This document shows positions 51,973-62,005 of a stretch of 64,000 bases of DNA, in pieces. Numbering within the stretch: position 1 is the stretch's first letter; each line of letters begins with the position of its first letter. Origin of the DNA: an uncultured Verrucomicrobiae bacterium (lineage in GTDB: Bacteria; Verrucomicrobiota; Verrucomicrobiia; Limisphaerales; Palsa-1400). The notes beneath the pieces were generated by a model. That model was not told where the DNA came from. It did no database searches and saw only the letters and a program-made list of their open reading frames with translations. A program made the position numbers and the translations under genes. Where the stretch lies: assembly GCA_963764165.1 (NCBI GenBank), contig CAVXRD010000004.1:288001-352000 (forward strand), given 5' to 3'.

Positions 51973-52704
51973 GTGAACGCGCTTCTTCAACTGCAAGACG
52001 ACTTGCTCGACTGCCTCAATAGCGAAAGTTATTTTGACACCATTGCTGTTGCCAAGCTGCGCGACCTGGTCATCTCGCAGGAAGTCGCCGCCAGGCTCCC
52101 GCACCTCGCGGGCGCGGGCGGAAAATTAGGCTGCGGAATTATTGTCAACATGCCGGAAATTCTCGCCATCTCGCCCAACGCCACCGGGCAAAGCGAACTG
52201 ATTGTCACGCTCGATGTGGTGGAAAATCCCGAGCTTAATTTCGATCCGCTCACCGGGACACTGCTGACCTGCGAGGAAGTCTCGATGCAAGTCCGCGCCG
52301 TTCTCGATGGCATGGCACTCCAATCTTCCACCGGCTGGCAGAATTTGCACACGGATGAAAACGAACATGTCATCCAGCCGATCCCCAACATCACGAAAAT
52401 GTTCCCCGGCTGCGCGGGCTACCGCGTCACGCTGAAACTCGATTGGGCCGAAGCCTGGCAAGCGAAAGTCGCGCTCCCGATCATTTCGGGCACGCACAGC
52501 GCAGTGACGATCACCTGCGCGACGGGCGGCGCTTCGATTTACTACACCTTGGACGGCTCGTTTCCCGGCGTAACGGATGCCGAGGGAGCCGCCGTTCTTT
52601 ACGCCGCGCCGTTCGCGGCCGCAGTCGGCCAAACCGTCCGCGCCAAAGCATACATGGCGGGCAGCATCGGCAGCGATGTCCCGCTCTTAACCATCACGTC
52701 ATAG
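51973..52704 (+). CDS. Putative tail terminator with a C-terminal chitobiase/Fn3-associated domain
   Basis: Before the tail tube gene; VTITCATGGASIYYTLDGSFP...YAAPF...TVRAKA. Confidence 0.65.
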   Translation: MNALLQLQDDLLDCLNSESYFDTIAVAKLRDLVISQEVAARLPHLAGAGGKLGCGIIVNMPEILAISPNATGQSELIVTLDVVENPELNFDPLTGTLLTCEEVSMQVRAVLDGMALQSSTGWQNLHTDENEHVIQPIPNITKMFPGCAGYRVTLKLDWAEAWQAKVALPIISGTHSAVTITCATGGASIYYTLDGSFPGVTDAEGAAVLYAAPFAAAVGQTVRAKAYMAGSIGSDVPLLTITS

Positions 52705-52713
52705 GCAAAACAC

Positions 52714-53703
52714 ATGAGCAATCCACGCCAGAACTCAATCAGGTCAGCCGGATATTTCACATGGGATTCCGCCACCGTCGCGTCAACGACATCGAACGTC
52801 ATTCAATTTGACGGCGATGCCTCGATCAAGGTTGTCAAGACAACGGACATCCTCAAGACGGCCCTGCAGGGAAACATCGACGAGACGAGCCGCGATCTCG
52901 CCGTGCAATTGACCGGGACGCCGCTTGTCTTCCCCAGCGGGCAATCCAGTTTGCTCGCCTGGATTTTTCCTTGGGCCAACTCTGTGCCCGTCCCCGGCAC
53001 AAGCCTCTTTGGATCGTCCGACGTGCCGGGTAATTTCCTCGCCAGCAATGGCGATTTGTGGAGCCTCTACAATTGCGCCGTGACAAAAATGCCGACGCTC
53101 ACCCTTGACATCGGCAAGCCCATCATCGGCCCGCTCGAAATCGTCGCCCTCATCCGCAACGGCTACGATCCTGAGACCGCCTACGCCTACTACAAAATCC
53201 AAACCGGACAGAGCTACACCAAGCCAAAGCTCGGCCAGCAAAGCGGCGATTCGCTTGGGCGCCAGCGCTACTACGGAAATTGGGCGGCCGGCAACACGGC
53301 GACGGGCAACACGACCTTCACCAATTTTGAAGCGCAGGCAGGCTGGGAGATTTCCTACGAATTGGAAATCGAGCCATTTCTTCAGCAAGGGCGCACCCGC
53401 GATTACACCCTCAGCAGTTTCCGGGCGATGGCCAAATGCATTCCCATCGGCCCGAGCATGACGGACATCGACACCTGCCAGGGCAACACCGCCATTCACG
53501 GCGCATCCCTCAGCAGCGGTGTTTGCGGCGATTTGATCATCACCGGGCAAAATATTGGCACGTTCACCATCAAGAACGCTGTGCTGAAAACGGCGGGCTA
53601 TATGTTCGGCGGCAAGCCCATCCGCAACGGCGAAATTGGATTCGTCGGAACCTTCAACCTCAGCGCCTCCACCTACACCGGCGGTCTCGGTGTGGCCGCA
53701 TAA
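52714..53703 (+). CDS. Putative major tail (tube) protein
   Basis: 329 aa beta-rich protein in tail-tube position; no sheath gene seen. Confidence 0.55.
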   Translation: MSNPRQNSIRSAGYFTWDSATVASTTSNVIQFDGDASIKVVKTTDILKTALQGNIDETSRDLAVQLTGTPLVFPSGQSSLLAWIFPWANSVPVPGTSLFGSSDVPGNFLASNGDLWSLYNCAVTKMPTLTLDIGKPIIGPLEIVALIRNGYDPETAYAYYKIQTGQSYTKPKLGQQSGDSLGRQRYYGNWAAGNTATGNTTFTNFEAQAGWEISYELEIEPFLQQGRTRDYTLSSFRAMAKCIPIGPSMTDIDTCQGNTAIHGASLSSGVCGDLIITGQNIGTFTIKNAVLKTAGYMFGGKPIRNGEIGFVGTFNLSASTYTGGLGVAA

Positions 53704-53714
53704 CCGAAACGACT

Positions 53715-53936
53715 ATGACACTCACACAAGCGGCAGTCACCAAGATCGGCGTGGACCACATGGTTTCCGCCAACAACATGCTCAACTCCTTGAGCGCGGC
53801 CGCCAAACAAATCGCCGATCACAACGCCGACAAAAACAACAAGCCCATCGACGCCGCGCCGGTCGCAGCATCGCTGGCCGCTGTCAACACAATCATCGGC
53901 CAGATGGCCGCGCACGTCCAAACATCCGTCAAATAG
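53715..53936 (+). CDS. Phage hypothetical protein
   Basis: 73 aa helical ORF. Confidence 0.6.
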   Translation: MTLTQAAVTKIGVDHMVSANNMLNSLSAAAKQIADHNADKNNKPIDAAPVAASLAAVNTIIGQMAAHVQTSVK

Positions 53937-53947
53937 AAAGAAACACC

Positions 53948-54241
53948 ATGCCAGAAAAAACAATCCAAGACCTCATCACCGACGCGGAAACGCTGTTCAA
54001 CGACATCGACGCTTTCCACGCGGGAAACGACTTTGCCAAAGCGAGTCCGTTCCTGCGCGAAGCGCGGGCCAAGACCAGCATCGCGCTCGGGCAATTGAAC
54101 AATCACGCGCAATCCGAAATCACTGCAGCGAAGAAAGCCGCCGCAGCCGCCGAGAAAAAAGCAGCGGACGAAGCCGCCAAAGCCGACGCCGATCTCGCCG
54201 CGAAAACCTCCAACCCTGCGCCAGTCGCGCCGAAGCCCTAG
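53948..54241 (+). CDS. Phage hypothetical protein, Ala/Lys-rich tail
   Basis: 97 aa helical ORF. Confidence 0.6.
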   Translation: MPEKTIQDLITDAETLFNDIDAFHAGNDFAKASPFLREARAKTSIALGQLNNHAQSEITAAKKAAAAAEKKAADEAAKADADLAAKTSNPAPVAPKP

Positions 54242-54250
54242 CGAAGGCGG

Positions 54251-54679
54251 ATGCGCAAAGTCACCCTCACCCCAAGCGCCGGAGGAATGCCTGTCGTCAT
54301 CTATGATGAGACGGCATCGCCCTCCGACGCTTGTGTCGAGGGGTTCAAGCCGAAGTCGATGCGCAAATTCCAAACCACGGAATTATTTCGCGGCCCATCT
54401 GTCTTCATGGCGGACCGCTTCAACCAGTGGGTGCAATGGAGCTTCACCGTCGATCACCGTTTCTCCACCTCATTGGCCGCGCAAGATTTCGCTGGCAACC
54501 GGCCTTACATCGCCAGGGCCGGAGAACTCACAATCTACAATTACGCCACGACCGGCGCATTCATCCGCTATTACAAAACCGCCTACCTCTCCGAGTGCGA
54601 GCCAGTCAAAGACGCGGGCTTGCGCCAGACTTTCAAATACACTTTGCAATTCAACTCCGTTTACTCGATGACCGCATGA
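54251..54679 (+). CDS. Putative distal tail protein
   Basis: 142 aa beta-rich; ATGA-coupled to the spike-like gene. Confidence 0.55.
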   Translation: MRKVTLTPSAGGMPVVIYDETASPSDACVEGFKPKSMRKFQTTELFRGPSVFMADRFNQWVQWSFTVDHRFSTSLAAQDFAGNRPYIARAGELTIYNYATTGAFIRYYKTAYLSECEPVKDAGLRQTFKYTLQFNSVYSMTA

Positions 54680-57600
54680 CAACAAAAAAAGAAATTTCCC
54701 TTCAACAGAAGCTCACAAAGGACGCAAAGGAAAATCAGATCGGCCGGGCAAAAATCTTTTCCCCCCTTCGTGTCCTTTGCGTGCTTCTGTTAATGTGTTT
54801 TTCCCTCCGTGTTTCCGCCCAGACCGATGGCACCTACATCCGCATCAGCGGTGATTCCGCCGTGCGCTATCCCGGCTCTGCAACCGACAGCAACACGCTC
54901 GAAGGCATCCAGTTTGTTCGCGGTGATTTCGTCGCCTTCGATTTCGCGCTGTATGACCGTGGAAATTACCGCTCGAACATATCCATGTTTGCGACGATCA
55001 ACCTCCAACTGTTCGCCGCGCAAAACACGACGAACGCGCCGATCCTCGCGCAATCCATCACCAATGGAACCGCGTTCTGGAATGGATTTTGCCCCAGCAA
55101 CAATTGGGTCAGCAACACGCCAGGCTTCACGAATTACAACGTGGAATTTCAATTCACCGACGCGCAAACCAGCTTCTCGCTCAACAATCAGGCCGCGCAA
55201 AGTTTCTGGCTCCGCATCTACGCCGTGACAACGGACAGCATCCCGCGCACGGTCACTTACCTCGAATGCCCGGTGACAGTTTACGACGGCCCGATCAGCC
55301 CGTTTTACACCGCGCTCAATTGGCCCATGCAGGTTTACCTAGACGGCTCGGATTTCTTAAGCCAGCAATCGACCGCCGCGCAAAATTTCGCGGCACTCAC
55401 CAATGCGCTCGTCACCGGAGGATTCAGCGGCGGCGGTGGCGGTGGTGGCGGAAATAATTTTACACCCAACTTCGACACCAATGCCGGAAAGGTAGACTTG
55501 GCCACGACGATCACGCCGACGAATGTAGCCTCGCACACGATTACCAATGGCGCGTTTTCAGTGGACGCCTTTGGGAACGTGATCGCAAACAGCCTCTCCG
55601 CTCCGGCACTGGTTATCAGCGGGAGCGGCTCGGACGCGGTCAACTATAGCGGAGGAATTCAGCAAAACACGCGTGACGCAAACTACTTCAACGGCACTGA
55701 CTGGCAGGACAACGGCCACGGCAGCCTGAGTGTCAGCAACGTGGCGGCGGCGGGAAGCATCACAGCCCAGACCAATGTCACGGTAGTGCATGGGCAATTC
55801 AATGGCAGCGGCGCGGGCCTGACTTCGGTGCCAACGAACTTCCCAGGCATCAACGCGACAAACGGAATCACGGCGGCGGGTGGCACAACGATTCTCGCCC
55901 CGACTGGCGACGTGACGGTCGGAGCCAACTTGCGCCTCGGCAGTGGGAATGTGGAATTCCCGCTCAGTGGCGGCCTTGCAGACAGCACCGTGTCACCGTA
56001 TTCCGTGGGCGGCTCCGTCACCGCCCCGCAATTCAACGCCACAAATCAATCCGTCAACGGCTCTGGATTCACCGGCGACGGCAGCGGCCTAACGAACATA
56101 CCTTCATCAGCCATTGTCGGCGGCGGCGGCTCCGGCATTGCGACCAGTGGCGGCATTGGAACAAACACATACTTGACCAACGCCACGTCCAGTGGCGAGC
56201 GCGCCACCAATTTGACCATAGTTAGCGGTAACATTTCCGGCGCCACAAATTTGCCTCCGTCAGGCTTGAGCGGCGGCAGCGCTTCCGCAGGGCAAGTGCT
56301 CGAATGGAATGGCACGGCTTGGGTTCCTACGTCCATCGCTAGCTATGTCAACATTACGAGTGAAGGCGGCGTCGGCGATGGCGTCACTGACAACACGGCG
56401 GCGGTTTCAAACGCGATGGCGGCAGCAGGAAACGGCGGGGCGATTTATTTTCCGCGCGGCAAATACAAAGTCGCTGGCAACATCAACGTCACCAATGCGA
56501 ATCTAACGATTCTCGGCGATGGTGCGGGATCGTGGGCGCTAGGTCAGGCGGACACATTTGTCTCAGCCATCATCTGGTCTAATCTCGCGACCAATTGTTT
56601 CAACGCGCAGGGAAGCTATCTCACCTTTCAGAATATCGCAGGCTTTTGGACCAACACAGCCGCGCCGACATCGGGCGCATTCGTGTGCGCCACGACAAAT
56701 GCCGACCAGGTCAACGGGGCGGTCAGCGTCAATTGGAACAACGTTTTGCTTGACGGTGGCTACCGTTGCGTGGATTACCAGGCCGGGCAGGGCTGGCAGG
56801 CGTTCAACCTGTCGTGGATTCGATGGTGGCAGGACGGAATCCGCATCAACAACTATGCCAATGTGGACGTCGGCGGTTGGAGCATTATCAACTCAGGCTG
56901 GGAGGCGCTGGGCAACGGGCACGCAGCCAACTGGAGCGCAGGCAGCCACATCTCCCGCAGCGCGATCCGCTGGGAGGGGTCAGGCGGCGGACAAATCCTC
57001 AACTCAGGCGGCGGCGCGTTTAACTGGGGCAGTTATGGAGACACTGGAGGATACACAAACGCCATCGATGTGCAGCCGCAATTTCAATCAGGGGCCGGAT
57101 CGGACACCAGCGGTTTATTTGTCAACAACTGCATTATCGACAACTGGACAGGCAACGCGATTTATACCCACTCTGGCACGGGCGCATTTGTCAGCATTCG
57201 CATTATCGCCGTGCAAGCCGAGAGCTTCGCCAATCCCGGCACGCCGATTTCTTTGACACAGGGCATCGGCAACGGCGGCCTGATCGACGGGCTGTCCATT
57301 GTCTCGGGAGGCATCAACCCAGGTGGCTATCCGGTTTATTTGCAAAACATGACCGGGGTGGATGTCGGCTACGTTGTGTCCGGGACAAGTATTTCAGGAG
57401 CCATTTTGAACAGCGGATCTACGGCGGTAACCGTGCTTCCCGATGGCACTGGATTTTACGATCCCGATCAAGGGATGCCCCAAATTCGCGAAGGCGGCTA
57501 CTTCGTTCAGTCGCAAACCAACGGCAGTTGGACGCAGTTTGCGGGCGGCTATTACACCGCTGCCAGCGGCGGCGGACTTTACTATTCCGCCAATGGCCCG

Positions 57601-58527
57601 GCCATGAGCGAGGACGTTTACAACAATTATCTCGGCGAGCCGATCACGTTTTCACTTTCTTTTTACCCGTCCAACGTGGCGGGCACCGTTTTGGGTTTCG
57701 CCTCGCAGACAAACATGGCCGAGTTCCGCAGCAAAACAGCGATGGGCTGGCTGAACATGACGAAATACGGCGGCCCGGCCGGTGCGGTTCTATTTGCCAC
57801 AAATACAGGAAATGTTGGTATTAACACCACCACTCCCGCAGCGGCGCTGACAGTCAACGGCTCGGCTGTCGTCAGTAACAATTTGCAAGTCGTCGGCGCG
57901 ATCACCGGAAGCATCAACGGCTCCAATATTACCGGAGTGCTTCAGCCGTCTCAAATGGCTAATACGAACACTTCCGGCTATCCGGCTTTATTCAGCGCAA
58001 GCACGGCTCCAAACAACGCCAACAGCCTGACGAATCTTGGCAGCCAAGCGTTCACAAATGTCTTCGCGAACACGATCACCAATACAAATGGCGTCACATG
58101 GCTCTATCCCAACAACGGTCAATTCGGCGCAACCAATTGGTGGGGAGCGAATCATTATTCCTACGATTGCACAAACACACTCCCGGCTAACACACTTGGA
58201 ACGTGGTCAATTTTCACAAATTTTAGTTCATCAGCCTATACTTATCGTTTGACGGTGAGTTTTTATGCGCATTGCATCACCAATCCTCTTGGCAGTTTCA
58301 TGCGCTCTCAGTCTGATGTTGTCGTGACTAATAATGGTACTGCCAATGGTTGCGGAGCCGCGAGCGTAACCACATTTGTGGCCAATGCGACGCTTGGCAT
58401 GTCTGGATCTGCGCTTACTCTCAACACAACGGCGGGAGGTCAAACAGGTGGTGAAATCTTATACAACCAAGGATCTGGAACTACTAACACAATTTTGGCG
58501 TGGGCGCATGTGGAGGTAAACCCCTGA
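54676..58527 (+). CDS. Large tailspike/adhesin-like protein with a pectate-lyase-type beta-helix and a signal peptide
   Basis: VNITSEGGVGDGVTDNTAAV...IYFPRGKY; FTGDGSGLTNI and GNVGINTTTP repeats; LRVLCVLLLMCFSLRVSA-QT. Confidence 0.8.
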   Translation: MTTKKEISLQQKLTKDAKENQIGRAKIFSPLRVLCVLLLMCFSLRVSAQTDGTYIRISGDSAVRYPGSATDSNTLEGIQFVRGDFVAFDFALYDRGNYRSNISMFATINLQLFAAQNTTNAPILAQSITNGTAFWNGFCPSNNWVSNTPGFTNYNVEFQFTDAQTSFSLNNQAAQSFWLRIYAVTTDSIPRTVTYLECPVTVYDGPISPFYTALNWPMQVYLDGSDFLSQQSTAAQNFAALTNALVTGGFSGGGGGGGGNNFTPNFDTNAGKVDLATTITPTNVASHTITNGAFSVDAFGNVIANSLSAPALVISGSGSDAVNYSGGIQQNTRDANYFNGTDWQDNGHGSLSVSNVAAAGSITAQTNVTVVHGQFNGSGAGLTSVPTNFPGINATNGITAAGGTTILAPTGDVTVGANLRLGSGNVEFPLSGGLADSTVSPYSVGGSVTAPQFNATNQSVNGSGFTGDGSGLTNIPSSAIVGGGGSGIATSGGIGTNTYLTNATSSGERATNLTIVSGNISGATNLPPSGLSGGSASAGQVLEWNGTAWVPTSIASYVNITSEGGVGDGVTDNTAAVSNAMAAAGNGGAIYFPRGKYKVAGNINVTNANLTILGDGAGSWALGQADTFVSAIIWSNLATNCFNAQGSYLTFQNIAGFWTNTAAPTSGAFVCATTNADQVNGAVSVNWNNVLLDGGYRCVDYQAGQGWQAFNLSWIRWWQDGIRINNYANVDVGGWSIINSGWEALGNGHAANWSAGSHISRSAIRWEGSGGGQILNSGGGAFNWGSYGDTGGYTNAIDVQPQFQSGAGSDTSGLFVNNCIIDNWTGNAIYTHSGTGAFVSIRIIAVQAESFANPGTPISLTQGIGNGGLIDGLSIVSGGINPGGYPVYLQNMTGVDVGYVVSGTSISGAILNSGSTAVTVLPDGTGFYDPDQGMPQIREGGYFVQSQTNGSWTQFAGGYYTAASGGGLYYSANGPAMSEDVYNNYLGEPITFSLSFYPSNVAGTVLGFASQTNMAEFRSKTAMGWLNMTKYGGPAGAVLFATNTGNVGINTTTPAAALTVNGSAVVSNNLQVVGAITGSINGSNITGVLQPSQMANTNTSGYPALFSASTAPNNANSLTNLGSQAFTNVFANTITNTNGVTWLYPNNGQFGATNWWGANHYSYDCTNTLPANTLGTWSIFTNFSSSAYTYRLTVSFYAHCITNPLGSFMRSQSDVVVTNNGTANGCGAASVTTFVANATLGMSGSALTLNTTAGGQTGGEILYNQGSGTTNTILAWAHVEVNP

Positions 58528-58557
58528 TCCAGAGACCGATTTGAGTCCGTTCACAAT

Positions 58558-58749
58558 TTAATGAATCAAGCAGAAAATCGCAAATCCGAGGTTGGCAATC
58601 GCGGCAGAGAAAAAGCTGCCTTCCGCCAACGAAAACGCGCCGCGCGGCTTGGTCCCTCCATCTGCGTAACGGTATCGGACGCAATAGAGGAACGCGAACG
58701 CGAATAAGCAAGACTCAATGAATGATATAACAGCAAGCACTAGGCTCAT
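58558..58749 (-). CDS. Small two-TM membrane protein (moron-like)
   Basis: MSLVLAVISFIESCLFAFAFLY...FFSAAIANLGFAIFCLIH fills the gap between tail genes on the opposite strand. Confidence 0.55.
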   Translation of the reverse strand: MSLVLAVISFIESCLFAFAFLYCVRYRYADGGTKPRGAFSLAEGSFFSAAIANLGFAIFCLIH

Positions 58750-58794
58750 GCACGGTGATATAGCCGCAAACGCGTCACTTGCCAAGTTTGGAAA

Positions 58795-61254
58795 ATGACC
58801 TTCACCACTCTCCAGATCGGCGCGAAAGAAATGTCCCTGGCGGATTGGGGCATTTCCACCTGCAGCCGCGAGGTCAGCAATCAAATGCACGATCATATCG
58901 CGTTCGATATGATGCAGCCCGCCGATGCCGCCGATCCCATTGCCTACGGCGCTCAGGTGATTTTGCGAATCGGCCGCATGGCCAAAGGCACCGGGTTGAA
59001 CGCGCAGAATCTCCCCATTTCCGGCAACACGAATTGGAGCAACGGCAAAGTCTTTTTCGTCGGCTGGCGCGTCGAGAATCTCCGCACCGGCGATCCTGCG
59101 CTGGAAAAAATGGATCTGAAATTCGCCGGGCCGTGGGAGTTTTTCTTTGAGCGCCTCGTCTTCCAAAAACTCTTTGCCACCTACAACGGCACCGCCAACG
59201 TCGCGGATTGGCGAAGCCAGATTGTCCTCGGCCAAAGCGTCAACGCGCTCATCGGCCCGAATGACACCGTCGCGGGAAGCAGCGCGACAAACCTGATGTC
59301 GATCCGCCAGCAAGTGGCCGAGATCATCGCCTACGTCGTCGCGCAAACCACAGCGGTCTATGGAGCCGCCCAAGTGCAGTCCGACCCGCTGGAAGCCGAA
59401 ATAGACGGCACCAATTGGGATTTATACGAGGCACCCGGACCCAATTTGCTCATTCCCGATTACATCCCCGGCTACGAAGAAAGCGGGCAAACCAGCGGCA
59501 GCGCCAACATGAAAACCGTGCTCCGCGCCCCGCTCGAATCTGTCAACGATATTACCTGCGCGGAGGCATTGCGCCATCAATTGAAATGGATCGGCCCGAT
59601 GGGCGAAGCGGCTGTTTGGTTCGATTACACCACAACGCTCGCCGGCGCTGTTTGCCCGACGCTGAAAATTTGCACCCGCGATCAACTGCCATCGATCAGC
59701 GTGCCAATGGTGGGACAGAACGCCGGTTTCAAAATCAAGCGCCGCGACGATATCATTCCCAGCGCCGTGGCCTTGAAATTCCGCATCAGCGGAACATTCG
59801 ACGACGCGCAATACGTTCAGGTTGAGAATGACATCGCCGCCGTCGTCAACGGCACGCTCTACGAAGGCATCGGCATCACCGGCGCACTCTACACCGCCGC
59901 CAGCTTCGCGAGTGACACTCCCGTTTTCATCGGCGGCGCGGCCAATAGCGCCACGATGCAAGCGCTGCAAAACGCCGGGCGCACCTTCGCCAGCGTCACT
60001 GCCACCTTTGACATGGAAGGAGACAGCAACAAGCTCGCCCGCTGCCTCATCAAGACGATGGCCGTCAACATCAACGATCCGAGCACGGATTCGAGCGCGA
60101 TTCCGTTCTGGCAAAAAGTTTTTCCCGAGTTCAAATCACTCACCGCGCAGCCCTCGATCTTTTCCGGCTCGTCCGTCTCAGTGACCGTCGACGACTCGGG
60201 CGACGCTGACGACGGCAACACGGTTGACCTGTCCACATATCAATACTTGCTGACCGACGGCCAGGTCGCGCCGTGGATGCTCGCAGGCAACGCGCCTGGC
60301 GGCGCGGGCGCGCAAGTGGTGCAAGCCTCGATCAATGTCAAATGGGACATCGAGGAAAACACCGTCAGCGGATCAACCAACCTGAACTTGGGCCACAAGC
60401 CGTATAAAGAAAAAACCGCCCGCGTCACACTGATCAGCATTCCGGGCGGGCTGTATCAGACACAAGTCAGCTTCAGTCTCGGCGAAGTCATTCCCTACGG
60501 CCTTGCCGGATTCATTTACAACATCGCGAGCATCCCGCATTTCGAGGGCAGTTTCAGTGTGCAGGAAAACGAGATCACCGACGTCTGCCCGATGGGCAAC
60601 AATTTCAACATCAGCGCCGGCCGCGCCGAATGGGCGGCGATGAACGCCAGCGTGCAGAACATCACCTACGATTTGACTGCCGGAAAAACCACGCTCGTAT
60701 TCGGCCCCGCTGGCCATTTGGGCGCGAAAGATTTAGTCGAGCGCCTGCGCATCAATCGCGGCCCGCGCTCGATCTACACGATTGGCTGGAACATTGGCAA
60801 CGACGCCAACGCCCAGCCCGGCGTGCAGCTCGGAAGCAACGTCGCCCAGCGCGGCCCGTCCGCTGGCTCGGAGAGTTTTGATCACGTCATCCACCCGGCG
60901 AGCTTGTCCGACCTCGGCAGCTACACCTACAGCCACGGCGTCCCCGGCGTGACAATTGACAACCGAAGCAGCGGCCAGCCTAACTACGGCAACGGCTCTG
61001 GATTGAGCGCCCCGACCGGCCCGGGTATTTTCGTGGCCGTGGGATCAGGCGGAACACTGTCAAGCTGGATACGCATTTCCACATCCGATCTTCCCAGCGG
61101 CACCGAAGTTTCACTGGCCGGTTTGCCCAGCGGCACCAACATCATCGCCTTCCAGCAACTCAGTTGGAGCCAATGCGTCAACATTGGCGGCACACCCACT
61201 ATGAAGACCTACAGCATGTATGTCTGGGGAAGCCCGCCCGTCGAAACATCGTAA
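58795..61254 (+). CDS. Putative tail tip / hub protein
   Basis: 819 aa beta-rich; VQNITYDLTAGKTTLVFG resembles tail-hub C-termini. Confidence 0.6.
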   Translation: MTFTTLQIGAKEMSLADWGISTCSREVSNQMHDHIAFDMMQPADAADPIAYGAQVILRIGRMAKGTGLNAQNLPISGNTNWSNGKVFFVGWRVENLRTGDPALEKMDLKFAGPWEFFFERLVFQKLFATYNGTANVADWRSQIVLGQSVNALIGPNDTVAGSSATNLMSIRQQVAEIIAYVVAQTTAVYGAAQVQSDPLEAEIDGTNWDLYEAPGPNLLIPDYIPGYEESGQTSGSANMKTVLRAPLESVNDITCAEALRHQLKWIGPMGEAAVWFDYTTTLAGAVCPTLKICTRDQLPSISVPMVGQNAGFKIKRRDDIIPSAVALKFRISGTFDDAQYVQVENDIAAVVNGTLYEGIGITGALYTAASFASDTPVFIGGAANSATMQALQNAGRTFASVTATFDMEGDSNKLARCLIKTMAVNINDPSTDSSAIPFWQKVFPEFKSLTAQPSIFSGSSVSVTVDDSGDADDGNTVDLSTYQYLLTDGQVAPWMLAGNAPGGAGAQVVQASINVKWDIEENTVSGSTNLNLGHKPYKEKTARVTLISIPGGLYQTQVSFSLGEVIPYGLAGFIYNIASIPHFEGSFSVQENEITDVCPMGNNFNISAGRAEWAAMNASVQNITYDLTAGKTTLVFGPAGHLGAKDLVERLRINRGPRSIYTIGWNIGNDANAQPGVQLGSNVAQRGPSAGSESFDHVIHPASLSDLGSYTYSHGVPGVTIDNRSSGQPNYGNGSGLSAPTGPGIFVAVGSGGTLSSWIRISTSDLPSGTEVSLAGLPSGTNIIAFQQLSWSQCVNIGGTPTMKTYSMYVWGSPPVETS

Positions 61255-61258
61255 AGTT

Positions 61259-62005
61259 ATGGCGACGGCAGACATGCGAATTAGCACCGGTTGCGCCTGC
61301 GCTCCATGCTCTTTGATGATGCGGTGCGTCGGCGGCGAGCTAGGCCCTGGCGGCGATCCAACCAACATCATCAACTGGACGGACGCCTACGACATCACCA
61401 CGGTGGATTGGGGTGTTCGTTTGACGGGATATTTCAGCGATCCGGGCCACACATCCCCGGATAATCTGGCGACCAATGGTTGCACATCCGGCATTGGCTA
61501 CCCGGAAAATTTCACGCAATGCGTCGGATGGAATGCGGACTTTACATCGTGCGTTTGCTGCCAGCCATGCAGTGTGCCGACGGTCTATAAATCGCAATTC
61601 TACCTGCCGCTGCCGACCGCTTACTACGTGATCGCCTACGGCACGAGCATCAGCCTCACCGAGGAACCGAACTGCGGCGAGAGCGTCAACTGGTTTTCGC
61701 AAGGCTGCATTTACCCCCAGCAATCCGCCGATCAATACCCCATGATCGTCGACCTTCCAATTCCTGACGTGACGCTTGATGACACCATCCAAGTTCAGCA
61801 ATATTGGCTTGGAATTATTCAGCCCGGCGCAAGCCTGCCGACTTACGGAATCTTCGGCTCCGGCAACATGAGCATCCTGCCTGACCTCACCAGCATCACT
61901 CCGAGCAACGCCGGTTATTCCGGCAGCGGCCCAAGCTGGAACCCAAGCCAAACGTGCGACGGACCGACCGTCGATCCGTTCACCGGCGCATCAGAATGGC
62001 CATGA
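61259..62005 (+). CDS. Cys-rich phage hypothetical protein
   Basis: GCACAPC, SCVCCQPC; acidic. Confidence 0.65.
   Translation: MATADMRISTGCACAPCSLMMRCVGGELGPGGDPTNIINWTDAYDITTVDWGVRLTGYFSDPGHTSPDNLATNGCTSGIGYPENFTQCVGWNADFTSCVCCQPCSVPTVYKSQFYLPLPTAYYVIAYGTSISLTEEPNCGESVNWFSQGCIYPQQSADQYPMIVDLPIPDVTLDDTIQVQQYWLGIIQPGASLPTYGIFGSGNMSILPDLTSITPSNAGYSGSGPSWNPSQTCDGPTVDPFTGASEWP

Noticed and set aside
54331..54675. N-terminal extension of the 1398-aa spike ORF
   Set aside because: Overlaps the 54251-54679 gene; the ATGA-coupled start at 54676 is more plausible
52714..54679. Contractile tail (sheath/baseplate) as in Mu
   Set aside because: No recognisable sheath or baseplate wedge motifs; tail type left as probably non-contractile
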